Source: a virus
Reading direction: 5' to 3' (one strand)
IMG/VR virus record: IMGVR_UViG_3300036770_001423
Location: 30,297-94,296 of that record
Length of the DNA: 64,000 bases
This document shows, one piece after another, positions 50,968 through 61,070 of the stretch (position 1 is its first letter; every line of letters starts with the position of its first letter). The notes beneath the pieces are model-generated. The model did not search any database. It saw nothing but the letters and a program-made list of their open reading frames with translations, and was not told where the DNA came from. Made by a program: the position numbers and the translations under genes.

Positions 50968-52596
50968 ATGAATTGGTTTGTTTTTGATCTCGAAACTTAC
51001 CCGAATATATTCACTTGCTGTGTTGCTGATATGCAAACACGTAAGATGAAACTGTTTGAGATTTCTTCACGCAAAGACCAGCGTAATGACATGTTTGAAT
51101 ATTTGCGTGGTGTTCGCAGACAGAATGGAATTCTCGTGGGTTACAATTCACTTTCTTTTGATGAACCAGTGTTGCAGAATCTGTTGAAGAATAAGACCAT
51201 GACAGTTGGTGAGATTTACCACTACGCCATGAAAGTTATTCAGTCAGGTTACGGTGATAACAAATGGCAGTATCAAATCAGAGAGAAAGACCGTTTCTTA
51301 CAACAGCTTGATTTGTTTAAAATGAACCATTTCGACAACAAGGCAAAGGCTACATCTTTGAAGATGATTGAGTTTAATTCACGCTCAAACAACATTGAAG
51401 ACTTGCCTTTCCCTGTTGGGAAGCACTTAACTAACGCTGAAATGGATGTGCTGTGTAAATACAACTGCCATGACGTAAAGGAAACGGTGAAGTTCTTTGA
51501 GAACTGTAAAGCTCAGATTGACTTCCGTTTAGACTTACAGAAGAAGTATGGGTTCAATGCTCTGAACTGGAACGATACTAAGATCGGTAGTGAGTTCTTC
51601 ATTATGGAGTTGGAGAAAGCCGGTATCAATTGCTATGATGGTCAAGGTAAGGCTCGTAAGACAAAACGTACATATATTGATTTAGTTGATTGTATTTTTC
51701 CATATATCAAGTTTGAGCGCCCAGAGTTCAATGCTATTCTTGAATGGTTGAAGCGTCAGCGTATTACAGAAACCAAAGGAGTGTTTTCAGATATTCCTGA
51801 ACACGAGCTTGGTGATGTTGCTAAGTATGCTCTGATGACAACCAAGCGTATCAAGTTCAAGAACAAACCAACTCAGAAAGAAATTGATGAGATGTTAAAA
51901 CAATATCCGCTAGGTTGGGTGGAAGAAATTGAACTGAAAGCTAAGTTACCAAAGAAAGATGGTGGTGGATTCAAGAAGGCTTATTGGTTCAACTATCGGA
52001 TTGCTGATGCTCTGAATGTGGTGATTGATGGGTTGTGCTACGTATTTGGTACAGGTGGTGCTCACGCTGCGGTAGAAAAACGAGTAATTGTTTCTGACGA
52101 AAAAAGAGTAATTCGTACTTTTGACGTTTCTAGTTTTTACCCTAATTTAAGTATTAAGAACAAGGTTTATCCAGAGCATTTGGGTATCGAATTCTGTGAT
52201 ATTTACGAAACGTTATACAACATGCGTAAATCTTTCGATAAGAAGTCTGCTGAAAACGCTATGCTCAAACTGGCTCTGAATGCAACATACGGGAATTCTA
52301 ACAATGAGTATAGTCCGTTTTACGATCCGAAGTTTACTATGACTATCACACTGAATGGTCAAATGTTACTGTGTAAAGCTATCGAGATGGTGCTTTCTTT
52401 ACCGACTGTAGAAATCCTAATGGCTAATACTGACGGTTTCGAGTTTATCATTGACAGAGAATACGAAGCTTTAGCTGAAGCTAAATGTAAAGAGTGGGAA
52501 GAAATGACTGGTCTAACGTTAGAGGGTGATACTTACGCTAAGATGGTTATTTCTGATGTAAACAACTACTTTAGCATTTATGAGGAAAAGAAATGA
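50968..52596 (+). CDS. B-family DNA polymerase, N-terminal part (exonuclease + palm)
   Basis: DLETY, GYN..FD, YN.HDV, DVSSFYP, KLALNATYG, NTDG, DVNNY. Confidence 0.9.
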   Translation: MNWFVFDLETYPNIFTCCVADMQTRKMKLFEISSRKDQRNDMFEYLRGVRRQNGILVGYNSLSFDEPVLQNLLKNKTMTVGEIYHYAMKVIQSGYGDNKWQYQIREKDRFLQQLDLFKMNHFDNKAKATSLKMIEFNSRSNNIEDLPFPVGKHLTNAEMDVLCKYNCHDVKETVKFFENCKAQIDFRLDLQKKYGFNALNWNDTKIGSEFFIMELEKAGINCYDGQGKARKTKRTYIDLVDCIFPYIKFERPEFNAILEWLKRQRITETKGVFSDIPEHELGDVAKYALMTTKRIKFKNKPTQKEIDEMLKQYPLGWVEEIELKAKLPKKDGGGFKKAYWFNYRIADALNVVIDGLCYVFGTGGAHAAVEKRVIVSDEKRVIRTFDVSSFYPNLSIKNKVYPEHLGIEFCDIYETLYNMRKSFDKKSAENAMLKLALNATYGNSNNEYSPFYDPKFTMTITLNGQMLLCKAIEMVLSLPTVEILMANTDGFEFIIDREYEALAEAKCKEWEEMTGLTLEGDTYAKMVISDVNNYFSIYEEKK

Positions 52597-53111
52597 TTGA
52601 CGCAGCACTCGTTAGGTCATTGTTTCATTATGACCCCGACACTGGAGTATTTAAGAGAATAGGTAGGTTGAAATGTAACGGAGAAATTACTTCTTGTGAT
52701 TTCGTAGGTACGGCTCGTTCTACTCACGGTTATTTACAGTATACTGTAAAGGATAAGACTTATGATGTACACCGGTTGATTTTCTTATACACGGACGGTG
52801 AGTTTCCTGAATGTGATATAGATCATATTGACGGTAATAGATTGAACAATAAATGGTCTAATCTCAGGAAAGTCACTAGGTCTGAAAATCTCAGAAATGT
52901 AGGAAAGAAACAAGAAAATAAATACGGGTTTACTGGTATAGGTGTACATACTCAATCTGGGAAGTACCGTGTGTTTATAGGTTCTCATCATAAGTCAGGT
53001 TTTAACACACTGGAAGAAGCTGTTGAGTATCGTCAACGATTGGAAAAGGAAATGGGTTACACTGACGATCATTTTAAACGTGAGGTATGGAATAATGAAA
53101 TTCAAAGCTAA
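52593..53111 (+). CDS. HNH homing endonuclease inserted in the polymerase gene
   Basis: YDPDTG, VHRL, IDHIDGNRLNN..SNLR; overlaps both polymerase halves. Confidence 0.88.
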   Translation: MIDAALVRSLFHYDPDTGVFKRIGRLKCNGEITSCDFVGTARSTHGYLQYTVKDKTYDVHRLIFLYTDGEFPECDIDHIDGNRLNNKWSNLRKVTRSENLRNVGKKQENKYGFTGIGVHTQSGKYRVFIGSHHKSGFNTLEEAVEYRQRLEKEMGYTDDHFKREVWNNEIQS

Positions 53112-53688
53112 AGGTCGTTATGAATGGAGAGATTTACCTAATCACAAGAATCATTCAGCTCTGATAGTTAAAATGGCTGTAGAGGAATTTATTCTACACG
53201 GAACAGATCCTGAAGACTTTATGAGAAACCATAAGAATTGTTTTGATTTCTGTTTAAGGGCTAAGATACCGCGCAGTAGCAAGCTTGTGATTGTAGATGA
53301 AAACGGAGTTGACCATCAGACACAGAACATTTGCCGTTATTATGTATCTAAGAACGGTGGTGATTTGGTGAAGGTGATGCCACCTTTAGCTGAGTTCAAG
53401 GAAGAACAGGTGTGGGTGAATCATCTGACAATGGAAGAAGTTACAATTTCTTCTGCTGTGGATATTGCAAAGTATGAAAAGAAAGGGTATACTTTCAGTC
53501 ATACAGTGAATACTCCTTGCGAAGACCGTAGGTTCTTCATTGAGGCTGGTTGGAAATGTAAGGTTGTGAATGACATCAACGATTTTGTATGGGATGTCGA
53601 TTATGACTATTACGTTGAACGTGCTTGGAAACTCATCAATTTTGCTGATGAAAATTCTTCACAAGAAGATGTTGACACAACAGAATAA
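53095..53688 (+). CDS. DNA polymerase C-terminal part
   Basis: MKFKAKGRYE, HKNHSA, RYYVS..GG.L.K, DYDYY; GAGGT RBS. Confidence 0.8.
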   Translation: MKFKAKGRYEWRDLPNHKNHSALIVKMAVEEFILHGTDPEDFMRNHKNCFDFCLRAKIPRSSKLVIVDENGVDHQTQNICRYYVSKNGGDLVKVMPPLAEFKEEQVWVNHLTMEEVTISSAVDIAKYEKKGYTFSHTVNTPCEDRRFFIEAGWKCKVVNDINDFVWDVDYDYYVERAWKLINFADENSSQEDVDTTE

Positions 53689-53728
53689 CGTGCTATAATT
53701 ACTGCACGTTTTAACAAAGGAGAAAACA

Positions 53729-53923
53729 ATGCAAGATTTACAACAATTTGAATTAACACAACAGCTTATCTATATCGAGAATTTCTATGATGATTTGAGT
53801 AACAATCGCTTTGCGAATTCCCCAGATTATCAGAAGAAACGTAAGAATATTGAAACAACAATCAGTGGTCGTAGTAAGATTTATACTCTACTGAGTCGCT
53901 ACGATGTAGCTGGTAATAATTAA
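53729..53923 (+). CDS. Hypothetical protein
   Basis: Promoter at 53672; AAGGAG RBS. Confidence 0.55.
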   Translation: MQDLQQFELTQQLIYIENFYDDLSNNRFANSPDYQKKRKNIETTISGRSKIYTLLSRYDVAGNN

Positions 53924-54024
53924 CGTAGAACCTTATTAGGTAAGAGATTATCTGAAGTAGCTTCAACGTGAAGCATTAAATATAACGCGAATACTCGCAT
54001 TTAATACGTAAGAGGAAATTAAAT

Positions 54025-55002
54025 ATGGCTTTTAAACCAGCAAATAGTAATCAACAAGCAACACCAATGAATCCTAACATTCCGAAAGTAAATTGGAATG
54101 AACTGAACAAAGGTGTTAAAGGTGGTAGTCGCCCAGCACGAGTGTCATTAATTGTTGACTTAGGTACACAAGAACGTGAACCGTCCACTAAGGATTACAA
54201 CCCGAACGATCCTAAGCAAGTGGAATCACTTGGTAAAGGTAGTTGGGTGGAGAACGTAGGTGGTAAAGATATTCTGCACACACCACGTAAACCTGTTCAA
54301 CAAGTAGCTGTCTTAGCTGACCTGCTGAACGATGTGGTAGATTATGGTGGTGCTATTGGTAAACAACCATATCGTCTGTTGTTAAATCCATCATTCAAGG
54401 GTGACGTTAAAGGTGTTGACTTAGCTGGTTGTTACAGCTATGATGAAAATGGTAAGCGTTTGGAAGACCGTCCATTTACTTTCCATCAGCAATCTCTGTT
54501 GACTAAGTTGTCAAAAGCTACGCAGACATTAGCTGTGATTGATGGTGGTGCTGATAACATGGATGTGTCGTTGTTAGCCGGTAAAGCATTTATGGCTCAG
54601 GTTGCTGTGAATACGTCTGGTGAGAACACATACGTTAACTACAAAGGTTGTTCTGAAGTACCTCTGATTGAAGATGAAGACGGTAACGAAGCCCCTTTAA
54701 AAGTTAAGCCATTAACTAATGAAGCACGTATCATTACATTTGATACTGTTACAGAAGATGATGTGAAGTGGTTACGTGGTGATTTAGTGAAGAAGATTAA
54801 GCAAGCACTCAACTATCAAGGTAGTAAGATGCAAGCTGTTCTGGAGAATGCTTCGCCAAACGCAGCAGGAAGCTCTACAAGCGCTTCTAATGAAGAATCT
54901 AAGCCATCGCAAGGCTCAGGCAAGAAAGCTGCTGCAAAGGCTTCTCAGAACGTTGTAGATGATGTTCCGGTTGATGACTTCGACTCGGACATCCCGTTCT
55001 AG
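54025..55002 (+). CDS. Single-stranded DNA-binding protein (putative)
   Basis: IVDLGTQ; acidic tail DDFDSDIPF. Confidence 0.7.
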   Translation: MAFKPANSNQQATPMNPNIPKVNWNELNKGVKGGSRPARVSLIVDLGTQEREPSTKDYNPNDPKQVESLGKGSWVENVGGKDILHTPRKPVQQVAVLADLLNDVVDYGGAIGKQPYRLLLNPSFKGDVKGVDLAGCYSYDENGKRLEDRPFTFHQQSLLTKLSKATQTLAVIDGGADNMDVSLLAGKAFMAQVAVNTSGENTYVNYKGCSEVPLIEDEDGNEAPLKVKPLTNEARIITFDTVTEDDVKWLRGDLVKKIKQALNYQGSKMQAVLENASPNAAGSSTSASNEESKPSQGSGKKAAAKASQNVVDDVPVDDFDSDIPF

Positions 55003-55003
55003 T

Positions 55004-55492
55004 ATGAACGTCTGTAACTTCTGCGGAGAGGCTAAACCCCTCTCCGAATTTTATGAATGTAATAAAACTAAGTGTAAAATGTGTGTAAAAGCTGCTTCAA
55101 GAAAATATCGAGATAATAACCTTGAAAAGGTCAAAGCATACGACAGAAACCGTCCGAACCATAAAGAAAGGATTGAACAAAATTCTCAAAAAGCTAAGGC
55201 GAAGCGACTGGAAGGAGACCCCGATTTTATTGAGTACGAAAGAAATCGTGTTCGTGAATATAGATCGCGGAATCCAGAAAAATACAAAGCTCAGTGTGCT
55301 GTTAATAACGCAGTGCGGGATGGGTTGTTGATGAAACCTTGTCGGTGTGAGAGGTGCGAGAGCACCACAAATATACAAGGACATCACTGGTCTTATTTAG
55401 AAGAACATTGGTTAGACGTTATTTGGCTTTGTTCGAGATGCCATGCCGACGAACACAAGAAGTTGCGAGAGCTTGGTAGAGATGTTGATTAG
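55004..55492 (+). CDS. Zn-finger/HNH-like endonuclease
   Basis: CNFC..K...EFY, CKMC, V.NAVRDG, CERC, GHH.SY, WLCSRCH..H. Confidence 0.7.
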   Translation: MNVCNFCGEAKPLSEFYECNKTKCKMCVKAASRKYRDNNLEKVKAYDRNRPNHKERIEQNSQKAKAKRLEGDPDFIEYERNRVREYRSRNPEKYKAQCAVNNAVRDGLLMKPCRCERCESTTNIQGHHWSYLEEHWLDVIWLCSRCHADEHKKLRELGRDVD

Positions 55493-55526
55493 TTTAATTT
55501 TATGGTAATTAATTGAGGAGTACTTT

Positions 55527-55955
55527 TTGGAAGAATATAACTTTAACCCTGTTGTGGTATATGAGTACGCTCACCCAGACAATAAAGATTACAGATTAGA
55601 AATAACAGATTTTGGTGAAGATTTGAGTCCCAGATACGAGGCTTGGATTTTTACTGGAAGTGGTATCGGTTCAGATACAACATGCTTACAAGAAGATGAT
55701 TATTCGGTTATCAAGCAAGAAGCTACTGAAATATTAGACTCCTTCATTGAAAGGGATTTAACCGATGAATCATATGAAAGCGAAGAATACGAAGGTTATA
55801 CTTTATTGGTCAGTGATAAGTTACCTGTAGTAAATATTCTGAACTGTGACGGTGTTTTGATTGAAGCAATGTTCAAAGAGAATAATTCTACTGAAGACTT
55901 GTTCTTAGTTGGTAAGAATTATGTTGATAGTTTAATTAATAAGGAGAATAAATAA
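55527..55955 (+). CDS. Acidic hypothetical protein
   Basis: GAGGAG RBS; TTG start. Confidence 0.6.
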   Translation: MEEYNFNPVVVYEYAHPDNKDYRLEITDFGEDLSPRYEAWIFTGSGIGSDTTCLQEDDYSVIKQEATEILDSFIERDLTDESYESEEYEGYTLLVSDKLPVVNILNCDGVLIEAMFKENNSTEDLFLVGKNYVDSLINKENK

Positions 55956-56209
55956 TGGCATTACCGCAAACAAAAGAAGCTCGTGAGATCGTATTGAAAC
56001 GTGTGCAGGAAGCCGTTCAATTCCGTCGAGAGATTGATGGTTTGAAAGAGGATACAAAGGCTCTTGCTGAAGCCTGTAAAGAACAATATGATATGAAGCC
56101 AGCAGAGTTCAATGCTCTTGTAAAAGCAGCATATGACAAAGCTAAAGTGGAAGAACAGATTGAGAGTTTACAGACCAGCCTGTCAGAGCTTGAAATCTTA
56201 ACGAAGTAA
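55955..56209 (+). CDS. T4 DsbA/GapR-like dsDNA-binding protein
   Basis: Helical; EA...REID...D......K...FN.LVK. Confidence 0.6.
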   Translation: MALPQTKEAREIVLKRVQEAVQFRREIDGLKEDTKALAEACKEQYDMKPAEFNALVKAAYDKAKVEEQIESLQTSLSELEILTK

Positions 56210-56280
56210 CAATTAGATTAATACACGGGCTGGGGCAGAAATGTCGCCAGCCTTAATTTTATGTAAAAGAGGAGAGAATC

Positions 56281-56702
56281 ATGTCACCAGAAGAAAAAGC
56301 AGTGAAAATGTGGTTACTAGATAAGAGTCAGGAAGAACAAGAGTTCTATCGTGAAGAAATGTTCAGGATGTTAGAAACATTTAAAGATGACTATGACATT
56401 ATCAAAGAAAACCACAAAGAACTCTATATAGCAGCTATAGCAATGGCTGTAGTTAAGTTTACTGAGTATGTGGAGAGTAAACAATGAAGTTTGTTCGTTG
56501 TCAAAGTGTCTTTAACGTATTCTCTGCTACACAAGAAGAAATCGAATTAATCCCTAAAGAATGGATTTTACCATCAAGAGAAGCTAATCCACATATTGTG
56601 TTGCTAGGCAATGAACGTGAGCAAGATTTTATTAGAACAATGTCTAATTGTTCTGAAGATGAACTTTATACGGATTACTATAGAATTGAGGTGACTGAAT
56701 GA
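56281..56702 (+). other. Two small hypothetical genes (56281-56487, 56484-56702)
   Basis: RBS; ATGA overlap. Confidence 0.55.
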
Positions 56703-57892
56703 GTAAAGAAGACCAACACTTGTTACACTTATCTAATAAAGTGAGACAGCTTGAATATTTGTTAGAACAATCAGAAAAAGAGAATAAGCGACTCAAACGT
56801 ATTCTTGCGGAATTGAGTTTTGATGCAAAGAACTGGCTTGCTAAGCTTGGGAGAATTCAGATGAATACAATTTTAATTATAGATGGTGATGAACTAGCTT
56901 ATGTTCATGCTGCTGCTGCGGAACAACAACTGCTCGTATACAAGAATACTACTAACGGTTTTGAACACGGATTTAAGAATAAAACAGAGTTTGGTAAATT
57001 CATGTCAGGACTAACTGTTCCGGAAGATATGTACACTACAGAACTCAAACGTGTACCTGAACCAAAACAAAACGCTTTTAGTACAGTGAAAAAGAAGTTA
57101 TTATGGTTACAGAACAAATTCAATGGCGCTGCTATTGAGATTTATATTTCTGGGGACAATAACTTCCGAGATTCTTTACCTTTACCGAAACATCCAGACC
57201 CGAGCAAGTCTGGACAGTACAAAGGTCAACGTGACCCCGATACCAAACCTCTGTTACTGAACGACATCAAAGACTACTTATTCAAATACTGGAATGCTCA
57301 ATTAGTGAATGGTATGGAAGCTGATGATCGTTTGTGTATGCGTGTGTACGAAGGTTACTTGAACAAAGACGGTGATAAAATCATTGGCTTGACTCAAGAC
57401 AAAGATCGTCTTGGCAATATGGGTTATTGGTATGACTATATGAATGACACAGAAGGTAATGGTCAACCACAGTTCATTGACGGTTTAGGTAAGCTGTGGT
57501 TGGATACATCAAAGAAAACACCTAAGTATACAGGTGAAGGTAGGAAGTGGTTGTATTGGCAATGGATTGTTGGTGATCCAGTAGATAATTATAACCCGCG
57601 AGATGTTGCCACATCATTAGGTTTAAAGTTGAAACGTTTTGGCGATAAGACAGCTTTTGATTTGCTCGAACCGTTACAATCAGACAAAGAATGCTTCCAA
57701 GCTGTACATGATTTGTATCTGTCTTGGTATGGTTCTGATAAGTTTAAATACACTGCTTGGGATGATGTGGAACATGAAGTAGATTATATTGACATCATGC
57801 AGTTGTATTTCGATTGCGCTAAGATGAAGCGTTTCGATGATGACAACGTTGATGTTCGTGCAGTGTTGAAGAAATTAGGAGTGATTAGTTGA
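56699..57892 (+). CDS. 5'-3' exonuclease (FEN/T7 gp6-like); catalytic part starts at 56861
   Basis: IIDGD, NFR, YKGQR, EADD, DKD, GDPVDN. Confidence 0.88.
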   Translation: MSKEDQHLLHLSNKVRQLEYLLEQSEKENKRLKRILAELSFDAKNWLAKLGRIQMNTILIIDGDELAYVHAAAAEQQLLVYKNTTNGFEHGFKNKTEFGKFMSGLTVPEDMYTTELKRVPEPKQNAFSTVKKKLLWLQNKFNGAAIEIYISGDNNFRDSLPLPKHPDPSKSGQYKGQRDPDTKPLLLNDIKDYLFKYWNAQLVNGMEADDRLCMRVYEGYLNKDGDKIIGLTQDKDRLGNMGYWYDYMNDTEGNGQPQFIDGLGKLWLDTSKKTPKYTGEGRKWLYWQWIVGDPVDNYNPRDVATSLGLKLKRFGDKTAFDLLEPLQSDKECFQAVHDLYLSWYGSDKFKYTAWDDVEHEVDYIDIMQLYFDCAKMKRFDDDNVDVRAVLKKLGVIS

Positions 57893-58425
57893 ATCCTTGG
57901 GAGTCAGAACTAGGTAAAACACTATGGAAATCCTCAACACAGTTCTGGTCATTCATTCGAGGTAAGCTGAGGCTGGGATGGAACACACACCCGATGAAGA
58001 TTTCTGTAATTAACAAGAAACGTTATCAGATTAAAAACCCTAACCCTAAAGGTAAGAAACCTACAGTGTGGGGTTTTGATTGCGAGATGTGCGGTAAGAC
58101 ATTTCCAATATCTGAGGGTCAGGTTGACCACATCACCCCTGCTGGTTCGTTGACATGCAAGGAAGATATACAAGGTTTTGTAGAACGTTTATTGTGTGTC
58201 ACAGAAGATGATTTACGTCTTGTGTGCAAAGGCTGCAACAACGCTCTTGCAATGTCACAGAAACAAGGAATAACATACGACGAGGCAATTCTTGAAAAGA
58301 CGATCATTGAAATCTGTAAGGCAAAAAAGGATCGTGAATTTCTTCAGAATGCGGGAATTCCTCCCGCTTCAAATGCAACAAAACGTAAAGAACAAATCAG
58401 AGAATATCTGAAGGAGAATAAATGA
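57889..58425 (+). CDS. HNH endonuclease
   Basis: CEMC, QVDHI, LVCKGC. Confidence 0.78.
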   Translation: MNPWESELGKTLWKSSTQFWSFIRGKLRLGWNTHPMKISVINKKRYQIKNPNPKGKKPTVWGFDCEMCGKTFPISEGQVDHITPAGSLTCKEDIQGFVERLLCVTEDDLRLVCKGCNNALAMSQKQGITYDEAILEKTIIEICKAKKDREFLQNAGIPPASNATKRKEQIREYLKENK

Positions 58426-59307
58426 GTATTTACCAACTAACAACACATGAGTTTACAGAACTCTTAGAGAATGGAACACTATACAAACTGTTCCCTGAAC
58501 TACAAGGACGATTATTCAACGTACAACAATTCGTAGCATTGAAAGCCGAATATGAATTGAATGATGCTTTATATAATTTCTTATTTGATATTGTAGAATA
58601 TACAGGTTGTGACCCCGCTGAGTTTTACGATTTGTTTATGGAACACAAAGAAGAAATCCTGAATATCTTACAACACTCAGAAGAATTGAATGTTCAAGGT
58701 GTATTGGCTAAATTACGGGAGGATGTGTAAGTGTATATTCCAATTCGACACGTAGAAGATATTGAAACAGCTGTAAAGATTCTTATTGAAGAAGCTGTGG
58801 AAAAAGCTACGGAAGATTTAGAAGATGAGTATGAAGAAAGGCTTACTGAGAAAGATGAAGAAATCTTTGAGCTTCGACAGACAATCTTAACACTAGAGAA
58901 TGAGATTCGTGAATTACATAAGGAGTTAATGCGTGACTAATATTAGTGATTTAGATGTGTGGGTAATTCGCCACAAAGAAACTAAGGAAATTATTAAAGT
59001 ACCTTCTGGGAAAACTTCTTGGCGTAAACAAAACCATGCTAAGTCTGCTTGGGCTACTTTTGGTGATTCTTACCGGGGTATCGAAGAACGTTCAAAAACT
59101 TTAGGTGTAAAACTGATTAAAGGAGATTACGGTTTTAGGTTTCCGAAATTTGATGAGCAAGATGTTTATGAATTGGCTAGTGTGAAATCTTTAAATAAAG
59201 ATTTGTTTGAGAAGTTACAACAACTGTGTGAAGAATGTATTGATTACTTACCTGAAGCAGTAAAGCAAACATATATTACCAAATTAAAGGAAATCACTAA
59301 TGACTAA
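58422..59307 (+). other. Three hypothetical genes (58422-58730, 58731-58940, 58933-59307)
   Basis: Packed ORFs with RBS. Confidence 0.6.
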
Positions 59308-60274
59308 TATTAAACGTAAAGAGTGGCACAATAAGGTTGACGAGTTATTAGCTGCTGGTGTACAGTCAGGTAGAACGATTGCTAAGATGTTAGGTCGTGG
59401 AAAGAGTCAAGTTAACAGTTACATCAGTAGCTTAAAACGCTCTGAGAACGATTCTGAGGCGTTATCTCAGCCGAAAGGTGCTAAGGTGTTATTCTTAGAT
59501 CTAGAGGTTTCTGCTTCGATTGTAGCGGCGTTTTCAATGTTTAAGCACTTCAGCTCACCAGATCATATTATCCAGTTTCCATATGTATTGACATATGCGG
59601 CTAATTGGTTACATGACCCTGAAGACAAGATTGAATGTTTTGGTCTGGATGATTTTGAAACATTTGAAACAGATCATCGGGATGATTTTGAATTAATCTT
59701 ACGTCTGTGGAATTTGATTGATAATGCTGACATCGTTGTTGCTCAAAACGCTCCATTTGACACAGGATGGTTCAACCAACGTTGTGCTTATCACAACTTA
59801 CCTGAACCAAGTCCGTATCGTGTTGTAGATACGTTGAAGGGTATGAAGAAGTCGATGTCGTTACCAAGTAATAGTCTTGGATATACAACAAAGTATTTTA
59901 ACCTGCCTCATACGAAGTTACATAACGAAGGTATTTCACTGTGGATTCGTTGTATGGATGGTGACAGAGAAGCTCTCAGTCTGATGAAATCTTATAATAT
60001 TGGCGATATTCCAACATTACGTGAACTGTATTTGAAGATTCGTGCGTTCATTCCGAACCACCCGAATGTTGCTTTGTATTTCGGTGAGTCAGACCAGATG
60101 CGATGCCCTACTTGTGGTGGAACACATCTTGACTTGTTAGAAGGGAAAGCGTACACTAACCTCAGTGTGTTCGATGCTTATCGTTGTAAAGATTGCGGCA
60201 CTGTGAAGCGCTCAGGTATCTCGACAACGACTACAGCAGAACGTAAGCTGCTATTGAGACAAGTGAGTAAATAG
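59300..60274 (+). CDS. DnaQ/RNase H-like exonuclease with N-terminal HTH and C-terminal Zn ribbon
   Basis: LDLE, QN..FD, DTL, YN.GD, CPTC/CKDC. Confidence 0.82.
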   Translation: MTNIKRKEWHNKVDELLAAGVQSGRTIAKMLGRGKSQVNSYISSLKRSENDSEALSQPKGAKVLFLDLEVSASIVAAFSMFKHFSSPDHIIQFPYVLTYAANWLHDPEDKIECFGLDDFETFETDHRDDFELILRLWNLIDNADIVVAQNAPFDTGWFNQRCAYHNLPEPSPYRVVDTLKGMKKSMSLPSNSLGYTTKYFNLPHTKLHNEGISLWIRCMDGDREALSLMKSYNIGDIPTLRELYLKIRAFIPNHPNVALYFGESDQMRCPTCGGTHLDLLEGKAYTNLSVFDAYRCKDCGTVKRSGISTTTTAERKLLLRQVSK

Positions 60275-60275
60275 T

Positions 60276-61070
60276 ATGAAGGTTGTGGTGAATGAAAATT
60301 CTTTCATGATACCTGAAGTATGGGAGGTAGTGGGTGGTGGTTCACACCCATTAGTTTCTTGTACGTGCAGATTGTGTGGCACCAAAAAAGATGTAGATGC
60401 TTGGGCGTTGAAATCTGGAGCAGTAAGGTCTTGTGGATGTCTGAGAAGCTTAGTCCCAAACAAGGATATTACAGGTTTGGTGACTGATTCAGGTGTCACT
60501 GTATTAGGCTACATTGGAAATTCTATTTGGAGAGTACAATACACTTGTTCTCATTTATCGGATGTTCCATCACACCTTATTCACCAGAACAAAACAGGTC
60601 TGTGTGATCGCTGTAGTAAGTCTAAAACTTGTACAGACAGAAACACATCACATGGTATGAGTGGGACTCCAGCATACAAGTCTTGGTTGTCGATGAAAAG
60701 ACGTTGTTATTCTCCTAGTAATAACCGTTATGAGTTTTACGGCGGTAAGGGGATAGTTGTATGCGATAGGTGGTTGGAGTCTTTTGAAAACTTTTATGAA
60801 GACATGGGTGATTGTCCTGCTGGTATGAGTATAGATAGAATTGACACAGCAGGTAACTACGAACCATCAAACTGTAAGTGGTCTACTGTGATAGAACAAG
60901 CCAATAATAAGACAAGCAACCTATTGTTTACTGATGGTGAACAGGTTTGGAGCTTGAGAAGGTGGTGTGACATATTCGGTAAAGATTACAAACATGTTTG
61001 GTATAAATACAGAACTTGTGGTTTACCAGTCGAACTCTTGTTTGACGGTAAAATAAAACCAGTAGCTTAA
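60276..61070 (+). CDS. HNH homing endonuclease
   Basis: SCGC, HGMS, W.SMKRRC, YGGKGI.VC.RW, SIDRID..GNYEPSNC.W...Q.NN. Confidence 0.88.
   Translation: MKVVVNENSFMIPEVWEVVGGGSHPLVSCTCRLCGTKKDVDAWALKSGAVRSCGCLRSLVPNKDITGLVTDSGVTVLGYIGNSIWRVQYTCSHLSDVPSHLIHQNKTGLCDRCSKSKTCTDRNTSHGMSGTPAYKSWLSMKRRCYSPSNNRYEFYGGKGIVVCDRWLESFENFYEDMGDCPAGMSIDRIDTAGNYEPSNCKWSTVIEQANNKTSNLLFTDGEQVWSLRRWCDIFGKDYKHVWYKYRTCGLPVELLFDGKIKPVA

Noticed and set aside
52593-53111. Group I intron or intein in the polymerase
   Set aside because: No P/Q/R/S elements or Cys...His-Asn ends; the ORFs overlap directly and have their own RBSs.
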